This document shows positions 46,728 through 53,725 of a stretch of DNA of 53,725 nucleotides, in pieces. Origin of the DNA: an uncultured Clostridia bacterium (lineage in GTDB: Bacteria > Bacillota > Clostridia > TANB77 > CAG-508); NCBI GenBank assembly GCA_944388985.1, contig CALXKT010000001.1, positions 1 to 53,725 of the forward strand. Direction: 5' to 3'. Both the position numbers and the translations under genes were made by a program. Numbering within the stretch: the stretch's first letter is position 1; every line of letters begins with the position of its first letter. A model generated the notes under the pieces. The model was not told where the DNA came from. It saw nothing but the letters and a program-made list of their open reading frames with translations, and did no database searches.

Positions 46728-47427
46728 ACACTCAAACATTAAATGTCGCTACCATAATAAAGTGGTAGCGACATTTACTATAAAACTGATATTAATCTCC
46801 AGCTAAAACCAATATACCTAACTTATAACCTAATATACATTGCTGTATAAATAAGCTAATCGCCAAATATACCAATCATTCGCTCGACTACAAATGCACT
46901 CATAATAACCATATTCGTCCTCATGGGACTAATAACAACTATTATTAAATACAAGAATAATCTTAACTTTGAATTTATTACCTATGGTTCAACCACACAT
47001 TATATTTATTATCACTATCTAACTTAAGTAAAAATAGAAATAATACTCTATATAGCCATAACACAAATAATAAACTCTCATCGCCGACATAACATAATAT
47101 AAGGTCATTACACCATGTTATCTCTTTGCTCGAACACGATAAAACATACTAAAATCTACATCCTATCGCACTCTTATTTGAACTAATATCAATCTTATAC
47201 TAGTATTATGTACAATGTTTTTTTTATTATTCATTTTTTATTGTTTTTTTGAAAACCAATTTTTAGTAGTTGTTTTTTTTCTTTTTTTATAGTATGATAA
47301 CATTAGAATTAATTTAAGGTTACCATTTACGGCTTTCGAAAAGTAACTTGTATATAAAATGTCTTTCGATAATGGATATTCTATAGAAATACATAAACTA
47401 TAATGGTAACTACACAGGAGAAAAAAG

Positions 47428-48360
47428 ATGAAGAGTGAAATTTTTGATTTTTATAGTCCCATTAATTTAAAATCGTATAACTTAGATAAAACCATGCGTT
47501 ATCAACTTGATGTTTTAGGCAACTTGGATTTTTTTACTCGCAGACATAGTGAAAATGTAGCAAACCTTTCTTGTAGAATTTGCGAATATTTACATTGTAA
47601 TAAAAATTTTACTATATATTGTACAATATGTGCTTATTTACATGATATTGGTAAATTATTTATTCCTTCTAAAATTTTAAATAAACCTGGAAGATTGACA
47701 GATGAAGAATTTGAAATCATGAAAACGCATACGACAAAAGGGTATGAAATGTGCATGAAAGATTTAAATTTAAGACCTTATGCTATTGGTGCTTTAGACC
47801 ATCATGAAGCTTTGAATGGAAGTGGATATCCGAATGGAATAACAAAAATTCCAATGGAAGCACAAATTATTCGTGTTGCGGATGAGTATGATGCCATTGT
47901 TACCAAAAGGCAATATAAGACACACGTTAACATATCTGAATTATTAAAAGATTTGATAAAAGATGCTCAACCAGATCCTAAATTCGTTGCTTTGGATCAA
48001 CTTGCTCAAAATTCTAAAGTTGGAAAAATTAATAAACGTGTTTTAAAAACATTGTTTAAGGTTGTTATTGATGATATTTTGTATGAGATTAGTTGTATTA
48101 CGGATTATTTGGATTATTTAAAGGATAACATTAAACGTTTTGAATTAATTTGTAAATATGCTGATAAAGCGAAAGAGGCAAAATCTGACAAAAAGAAAAA
48201 TTACTACCGAGAGGGAATGAAAATGCTATTTCAAGCAGATGAGACTTTTGAAAATTATTTACAAGTATATGAAGATTACAAAAATGCTCTCCAAATTAGA
48301 ACAGAGAGAATGGATAAACTTTATAATGAGATTAAAATTATTAAGAAATTGGAAGTTTAG
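47428..48360 (+). CDS. HD-GYP domain protein (putative cyclic-di-GMP phosphodiesterase)
   Basis: HDIGKLFIP and HHEALNGSGYPNG motifs. SD AGGAG lies before the ATG. Confidence 0.8.
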   Translation: MKSEIFDFYSPINLKSYNLDKTMRYQLDVLGNLDFFTRRHSENVANLSCRICEYLHCNKNFTIYCTICAYLHDIGKLFIPSKILNKPGRLTDEEFEIMKTHTTKGYEMCMKDLNLRPYAIGALDHHEALNGSGYPNGITKIPMEAQIIRVADEYDAIVTKRQYKTHVNISELLKDLIKDAQPDPKFVALDQLAQNSKVGKINKRVLKTLFKVVIDDILYEISCITDYLDYLKDNIKRFELICKYADKAKEAKSDKKKNYYREGMKMLFQADETFENYLQVYEDYKNALQIRTERMDKLYNEIKIIKKLEV

Positions 48361-48362
48361 CA

Positions 48363-48440
48363 GAACTTGAACAAAAGGGACACTCCTAAACGTTTAAGAA
48401 CTTGAACAAAAGGCAGTAGTCCCTTTTGTTCAAGTTCAAG
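48363..48440. repeat. GGGAC-core repeat pair, subfamily A, between convergent HD-GYP and mazF genes (probable bidirectional terminator)
   Basis: GAACTTGAACAAAAGGGACACTCCTAAACGTTTAAGAAC plus TTGAACAAAAGGCAGTAGTCCCTTTTGTTCAAGTTCAAG, followed by TTTTT. Confidence 0.8.
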
Positions 48441-48443
48441 TTT

Positions 48444-48791
48444 TTAATCTAGCCCAAAGCTTACACCCAAAGCATTATTCACCTGCGATATAATCGTTTC
48501 ATCATCAATATGTCCTATTTTTTCTTTTAATCTACTCTTATCAATCGTTCTAATTTGTTCTGCTAGTACCACTGAATCTTCTTTTAATCCATTATTTTGT
48601 GAGCCTATTTCTATATGTGTTGGTAATTTGTTTTTTCCGGTTTGTGATGTAATTGCTGCTGCGATTACCGTAGGGCTATGTTTATTTCCTACATCATTCT
48701 GGATAATGAGTACTGGTCTTACCCCACCTTGTTCTGAACCAACTACTGGACTTAAATCCGCATAAAACATATCTCCTCTTTTTATTACCAT
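48444..48791 (-). CDS. mazF: MazF/PemK/EndoA-type endoribonuclease toxin
   Basis: [36 protein letters not shown]... From memory it is near-collinear with B. subtilis EndoA (NdoA). The start ATG at 48791 is 8 nt after AGGAG. Confidence 0.9.
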   Translation of the reverse strand: MVIKRGDMFYADLSPVVGSEQGGVRPVLIIQNDVGNKHSPTVIAAAITSQTGKNKLPTHIEIGSQNNGLKEDSVVLAEQIRTIDKSRLKEKIGHIDDETIISQVNNALGVSFGLD

Positions 48792-48871
48792 ATTCTTCAC
48801 TCCTACTGTTTGTATATTTAAGGCATTATTTTTAATATATTTTAGAAATCAGTTTGAAATAACGAAAAGAG

Positions 48872-49573
48872 CTAATACAATTCTGCTTCTGTTTCTATCG
48901 TTTTAAAGGCTAATATATCATTTTCTTTTATGCTATTTATCGTTATCTCATTATATAATATGTAAACTACATTTTTTTCGTTAACATCTTGTATTACCAT
49001 TTTGCATGGATTTCCAGTTTCTTTTTTTACATATAACTTTTTATTTTGTCGATAGTCATTTTCTTTTTTTGAAGTACATTCTAAAACAAACTCATTATTT
49101 TCTTCATAACATTTATTGCTATTGTCTTCCTTATTTTGCCTATAATCCGCAATAAATGCCTCTAAACTCAAATCGTTATTGGTAAAACTTTCATAACTTT
49201 CGTAAATTTTACTTAAATTAAACTTTGCATTGTATATCGTAAGGTTGTTTCCATCATAAGTTGTTTCTAACCCTGCTATGTTTTCTGGCTCTAGGACGAT
49301 TTGTTTCGAGATGTTTGGTGCTACATATTTTTGGGATAATACATATTTATTTTCATTTTTATTACTTACCACTGTTACTGCTACTGTTGCTTCATAAGAA
49401 CTGAGATTTAAAATATATTCTTCTATGTCCTCAATACTTTTGTTACTTTTAGTATTGCCAATTTTTAAATTTTTATCATTATTTTTCAGAAAAAAAATGA
49501 TAATTATTAAAAAAATAAGAATCACAGCCAAAATGGCAATCGTTTTTTTTCTTTTTTTGAACTGTTGCAACAT
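48872..49573 (-). CDS. Hypothetical membrane-anchored protein
   Basis: N-terminal TM helix followed by an Asn/Lys-rich extracytoplasmic domain. No motif recognised. Confidence 0.5.
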   Translation of the reverse strand: MLQQFKKRKKTIAILAVILIFLIIIIFFLKNNDKNLKIGNTKSNKSIEDIEEYILNLSSYEATVAVTVVSNKNENKYVLSQKYVAPNISKQIVLEPENIAGLETTYDGNNLTIYNAKFNLSKIYESYESFTNNDLSLEAFIADYRQNKEDNSNKCYEENNEFVLECTSKKENDYRQNKKLYVKKETGNPCKMVIQDVNEKNVVYILYNEITINSIKENDILAFKTIETEAELY

Positions 49574-49641
49574 TGCATTAACTCCTTTTACCAGACCAGA
49601 TTTACATCATTTGTTCCTCGGAAAATTTTATAGTGTTGCCT

Positions 49642-49918
49642 GTTACTAGATAATAGTTTATTAGGTTATATCTTGCCCAAATGCAGTTAGTGGATACTTT
49701 TCATTTTTATTTACGACTCAAGGTGGGGACCGACAAGATACAGGCTGTGGAAAAATTACTCTTGAAGAAAAAACTTGTTTTTTCTTCAAGTAGAAATAGG
49801 CAGAACCCCTGTAATTTTTACTACAGACTGTTCGATGTTGGGGGGAGTAAATACAAATGAAAAGTACCCACTAACTGCATTTCAAAATAAAAAGAATGAT
49901 AAACCATTATCTTGTAAC
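49642..49918 (+). ncRNA. Unclassified structured hairpin element, copy 3; a 277-bp foldback with the conserved core, flanked by a 9-bp direct repeat
   Basis: Outer arms 49642-49663 / 49897-49918 (19 Watson-Crick plus 1 G:T of 22). Main 36-bp stem 49679-49714 / 49847-49882 (34 of 36 paired). Core AAGGTGGGGACCGACAAG at 49720-49737 and GTTGGGGG at 49837-49844. Direct repeat GTGTTGCCT at 49633-49641 and 49919-49927. Confidence 0.5.
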
Positions 49919-49986
49919 GTGTTGCCTATCGCCCAGCTGTAAGAAAAAAGTAGATTAACTACTCATTAATCTACTTTCATTTTATT

Positions 49987-50958
49987 TTATAAACTTCTAA
50001 AGTATTCGTTTAGACAATCTATTAATTCTTTTTTGTTATCTATTTTATTGATGCTATCTCTTATTTTACTAGCATCTTTTGTGTTTTTCACATAGTGGGC
50101 TAGATGTTTTCGCATTTCTTTTATTCCAACATTCTCTCCTTTTTCTTTCACTTCTAATTCGATGTGTTCTAAGATAGTATTTAATTTTTCTGTATTAGAA
50201 ACAACTCTTTGTTCTTCTCCTTTTAAGTAATGTAGAATTTCTTCGAAAAGCCAAGGATTGCCAATGGCTCCTCTTCCAATCATAATTCCGTCAACCTTTG
50301 TTTTTTCAAACATTTCTAAAGCATCTTCTTTGGTTTTAATATCTCCATTGCCTATAACCGGAATACTAACCGCTTCTTTTACCTGTTTTATGATATCCCA
50401 ATCTGCTTTTCCGGAATAATATTCTTCTCTTGTTCTGCCATGTACCGTAATAGCTGACACTCCAGCTTTTTCTAAAATTTTTGCGACCTCTACTGCTACA
50501 ATATGATTGCTATCCCAACCTTTTCTTATTTTAGCAGTTACTGGTGCTTTTGCATTTTTTACCACGGTAGTTGCTACTTTCTCTAGCAAATCTAAATTTA
50601 GCAATAACTTACTTCCGTCTCCGTTTTTTACAATTTTAGGTGCAGGACAGCCCATATTTACATCTACGATATCCACCAATTTGCTCACATAGTCACTTGC
50701 ATAAGCCATTGCTTCCAAATCGTTTCCAAAAATCTGTGCAGCTACTGGTCTTTCTTCACCCTCTATGTTTAGCAAAAGCTTTGTTTTCGCATCGTTATAA
50801 TATAATCCTTTGCTACTAATCATTTCCGTACAAGTAAGACCTGCTCCATATTTTTCGCATATCAAACGAAATGGCAGGTCTGTAATCCCTGCCATAGGTG
50901 CTAAAAGTATGTTGTTTTTTAGTTCTACGTTTCCTATTTCTAGCTTTTTTACGTACAT
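49987..50958 (-). CDS. dusB: tRNA-dihydrouridine synthase
   Basis: [13 protein letters not shown], the catalytic region [12 protein letters not shown], and a TIM-barrel FMN family. The likely start is MYVKKLEIG (ATG 50958, SD GTGAGGAA). Confidence 0.85.
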   Translation of the reverse strand: MYVKKLEIGNVELKNNILLAPMAGITDLPFRLICEKYGAGLTCTEMISSKGLYYNDAKTKLLLNIEGEERPVAAQIFGNDLEAMAYASDYVSKLVDIVDVNMGCPAPKIVKNGDGSKLLLNLDLLEKVATTVVKNAKAPVTAKIRKGWDSNHIVAVEVAKILEKAGVSAITVHGRTREEYYSGKADWDIIKQVKEAVSIPVIGNGDIKTKEDALEMFEKTKVDGIMIGRGAIGNPWLFEEILHYLKGEEQRVVSNTEKLNTILEHIELEVKEKGENVGIKEMRKHLAHYVKNTKDASKIRDSINKIDNKKELIDCLNEYFRSL

Positions 50959-50981
50959 TTTCTTATTCCTCACTTTATTTA

Positions 50982-52088
50982 TCAATCAATAAAGATTGCC
51001 TTTTTTCTTCTTCCAGAAATGTTAAGTAATATCCCTATCATAATAAAATTGCTAAGTAAAGAGCTACCACCATAACTTACAAAAGGTAATGGAATACCGG
51101 TTATTGGTAAAAGTCCCATTGTCATTCCTATATTTTCTACCATGTGGAAGAAAAACACCCCCGCAATTCCTATTGCAATGTAGGAACCTAGGTCATCTTT
51201 AGCTGTTTTCGCCACATAAATAGCTTTTGTAATTAGAATAACATAAACAATAATAATTCCTGCTGCTACAATAAAGCCCATTTCCTCTGCTATCATGGAA
51301 AAGATAAAGTCTGTTGTTTTTGGATATAAATATCCCAATTGTGTTTGATTTCCTTTAAATAGCCCCATTCCAAATAGCTCGCCAGCACCAATAGCCAACT
51401 TGGATTGAATAACATTATAGCCCGCACCTCTTGGGTCTAAATCGGGATTTAAAAACACATCAATTCTTGTTTTCGCATGTTCTGGTAGAACAAAAAAATA
51501 GAGCAATGGTAATGCGATTACAACAATTAAAATAGCAGTGATAATATATCTCTTTTTTATTCCTGCTGCAAACAACATAAAAATAAGTGCCATCACAAAG
51601 GCTAGAGCCGTACCATAGTCTGGTTGCAATATAATAAGTCCCGTAGGAACGGCAAATGTTAATAATACTAATAAAAGTTTTGGCACACGGCTTAATTCAT
51701 CTCTACCTTTTCTTTGTATTTTCGTGATAACAAATGCCAACATTAAAATGCAAATTATTTTTGCAAATTCCGCCGGCTGTAAGGAAAAAGATCCAATGTT
51801 AAACCAACTGGTTGCACCATTAATGGGTTCGGTAAATAGAACACCTACTAAAAGAATTAAAATAATTCCATAAAATACAGGCGATATTTTAGCAATCGTT
51901 TCATAATCCACAAAAATAATAATTAGCATCACAGGGATGCTAATACATACCCATAAAATTTGTTTTTTTAACTCATCATAGTCAGAATTTTGTGTTGCAG
52001 AAGTTAACGCTACTAAACCAACAATAATGAGTAGCATAGTGCATATTAATATGCCCCATTCTATATTTCTAATTATTTTTCTTTTCAT
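50982..52088 (-). CDS. rodA: SEDS-family peptidoglycan glycosyltransferase (RodA/FtsW)
   Basis: [36 protein letters not shown]. Its position downstream of minDE matches the clostridial mre-min-rodA cluster. Confidence 0.8.
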   Translation of the reverse strand: MKRKIIRNIEWGILICTMLLIIVGLVALTSATQNSDYDELKKQILWVCISIPVMLIIIFVDYETIAKISPVFYGIILILLVGVLFTEPINGATSWFNIGSFSLQPAEFAKIICILMLAFVITKIQRKGRDELSRVPKLLLVLLTFAVPTGLIILQPDYGTALAFVMALIFMLFAAGIKKRYIITAILIVVIALPLLYFFVLPEHAKTRIDVFLNPDLDPRGAGYNVIQSKLAIGAGELFGMGLFKGNQTQLGYLYPKTTDFIFSMIAEEMGFIVAAGIIIVYVILITKAIYVAKTAKDDLGSYIAIGIAGVFFFHMVENIGMTMGLLPITGIPLPFVSYGGSSLLSNFIMIGILLNISGRRKKAIFID

Positions 52089-52689
52089 CTGCCACCTCGT
52101 TTACATTATTCTTGGCAAGATCTTCTGGTTCTTTTTTTGTGTTATTATTTTCCTCTAATTCTTTTCCTTTCTCTGCTTTCTCGTTTTGTTCTGTTACCTC
52201 TTTATTCGTGCTTTCTTGTTCTATTTCTGGCTCGTTGTTAGCAGTTTTATTTTTATCTTGTTCTGCATCTTTCTCTTTTTCCTCATTTATCTCTTGCGTT
52301 TCTTCTTGTGTTTTTTCCTTTTTATCAGCATTGTTTTCTTGTTGTGCTTGCTGAGTTGTGGCTTCTTCTTTCTTTCCAGTACCCTCTAATTTCCTTGCCT
52401 CATTTTTTATGGTAATAATCGGAATATTAGCATATAACGCTGGAGCTCCTACGCCACCATCTTCGCTCTCTTTATTTGTAAGTCTTACATCTATTGCTTT
52501 TTCATCTATATCAATGTATTTTTTAATTACTTCTAAAATTTCTTGTTTCATCATTTCTAAAAAGTCTGCTGAAATATTAGCTCTATCTTGTGCTAATACT
52601 AAATGTAATCTTTCTTTTGCAGTGCTTTTAGAAGTTTCTTTTTCGCTTTTTCTAAATCTCTTAAAAAAATGTGCTATGTTCTCAAACAT
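52069..52689 (-). CDS. minE: Cell-division topological specificity factor MinE with an extra C-terminal low-complexity tail of about 109 aa
   Basis: Residues 1-97 look like canonical MinE (KERLHLVLAQDR ... ANIPIITIKNE). Residues 98-206 are E/K/N/Q/T-rich. The 3' end overlaps the rodA start by 20 nt. Confidence 0.85.
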   Translation of the reverse strand: MFENIAHFFKRFRKSEKETSKSTAKERLHLVLAQDRANISADFLEMMKQEILEVIKKYIDIDEKAIDVRLTNKESEDGGVGAPALYANIPIITIKNEARKLEGTGKKEEATTQQAQQENNADKKEKTQEETQEINEEKEKDAEQDKNKTANNEPEIEQESTNKEVTEQNEKAEKGKELEENNNTKKEPEDLAKNNVNEVADEKKNN

Positions 52690-52707
52690 GTTTTACCTCC
52701 AATAGTA

Positions 52708-53508
52708 TTAATGTTTACCTTTTGCGAAAAAACCTCTCATTTTACTAAAAAGACCTTCTTTTCTTCCTGGAATTGTAACATCGATATTTTCTCCCAATAT
52801 TCTTCTTGCAATTTCTGTATATGCCTTGCCAGAAGGAGCTTTGTCTTTTGTCACAACCGGCTCTCCCTTATTTGTTTGGGTAATGATGTATTCATCATCT
52901 GGTACAACTCCTATTAAATCAATGGATAATAAATCCACAATATCTTCTACATCCATCATTTCGCCTTTTTTTATCATGGATGGTCTTATTCTGTTTATGA
53001 CTAATTCTGGATTTTTTATTTCGGATGCTTCTAGTAGCCCTATAATTCGGTCTGCATCACGTATTGCTGAAATTTCTGCTGTTGTTACTACAATAGCACG
53101 ATTTGCTCCAGCAATAGCATTTTTAAATCCTTGTTCAATTCCTGCTGGACAATCAATTAATATATAATCAAACTCGTCTTTTAGTTTTCCTATTAGTTCT
53201 TTCATTTGTTCTTCATTAATTGCACTTTTATCTCTTGTTTGGGCTGCTGGTAATAAGAATAGTTCGTTAAATCTTTTATCTTTAATAAGGGCTTGTCTTA
53301 ACTTGCATTTGCCTTCTACTACATCTACGATGTCGTATACAATTCTGTTTTCAAGTCCCATAACAACGTCTAGGTTTCTAAGACCAATGTCGGTATCTAC
53401 TAAAGCTACTTTTTTCTCTCTTAGCGCTAATGCGGCACCTAGGTTTGCTGTTGTCGTTGTCTTTCCTACTCCACCTTTGCCAGATGTTATAACGATAACC
53501 TCTCCCAT
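52708..53508 (-). CDS. minD: Septum site-determining ATPase MinD
   Basis: Deviant Walker A SGKGGVGKTT, 266 aa, and a C-terminal amphipathic helix (GLFSKMRGFFAKGK). Confidence 0.95.
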   Translation of the reverse strand: MGEVIVITSGKGGVGKTTTTANLGAALALREKKVALVDTDIGLRNLDVVMGLENRIVYDIVDVVEGKCKLRQALIKDKRFNELFLLPAAQTRDKSAINEEQMKELIGKLKDEFDYILIDCPAGIEQGFKNAIAGANRAIVVTTAEISAIRDADRIIGLLEASEIKNPELVINRIRPSMIKKGEMMDVEDIVDLLSIDLIGVVPDDEYIITQTNKGEPVVTKDKAPSGKAYTEIARRILGENIDVTIPGRKEGLFSKMRGFFAKGKH

Positions 53509-53592
53509 ATATTCTCCTCCTTGTAATTTGAAAGCAACTTTTACTTAAGTTGTATTTTGTTTTCTTTTAAAAGCACAATTTTAAACACTACT

Positions 53593-53621
53593 ATTATATA
53601 CGGAAAAGCCCAAAAGGTCAA
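53593..53621 (-). promoter_or_regulatory. Consensus sigma-A promoter TTGACC - 17 nt - TATAAT upstream of minD
   Basis: The minus strand reads TTGACCTTTTGGGCTTTTCCGTATATAAT. AAGGAGG lies before the minD ATG. Confidence 0.55.
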
Positions 53622-53725
53622 TGTTTTGAGAGAAAAAAATACAAACCAATTTATTTCGTAAATTTACAAAGTAACTTCCAAGACTAATATATAAATATGG
53701 AAATTAAGTTTACACAAAATATCAT

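Noticed and set aside
53509-53725. Missing minC upstream of minD
   Set aside because: The window ends 217 nt upstream of minD. That stretch contains a consensus promoter, so minC may simply lie further away or elsewhere. This cannot be assessed from the window.

Overview
This is a 53.7-kb low-GC chromosomal segment that looks Firmicutes/Clostridia-like. It is densely coding and most genes lie on the minus strand.

The left end (315-7992) is a restriction/defence island. It holds a GmrSD-type DUF262/DUF1524 nuclease and a four-gene LlaJI-type operon: two C5 cytosine methyltransferases, a McrB-like GTPase and a McrC-like nuclease.

The rest is mostly housekeeping:
- adhE, guaD, a DUF4143 ATPase, leuS and a gltD-like oxidoreductase
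- a Nudix hydrolase, a family-4 UDG, an LD-carboxypeptidase and pgeF
- addB (no adjacent addA), ogg, a YitT-family protein and a radical SAM protein
- rnc (frameshifted as given), acpP, plsX and an M23 peptidase
- a Ca-type P-ATPase, smc, an XRE regulator and an MtaD-like deaminase
- an HD-GYP protein, mazF (no antitoxin ORF), dusB, rodA, minE (with a long extra tail) and minD

I see no rRNA, tRNA, CRISPR array, transposase or integrase.

The most unusual content is non-coding:
1. Three copies of a long hairpin element share an invariant core (AAGGTGGGGACCGACAAG ... GTTGGGGG). The core sits inside closing stems whose sequences are unrelated between copies. One copy lies between the M and R halves of the R-M operon. 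Another is a 277-bp foldback flanked by a 9-bp direct repeat.
2. A dense superfamily of GGGAC-core palindromic repeats occurs at 14 or more intergenic loci. It includes a 220-bp MITE-like unit with perfect 37-bp terminal inverted repeats, and copies that sit directly against the ribosome-binding sites of adhE, addB and smc.

All functional calls rest on motifs read from the translations. No database search was possible.
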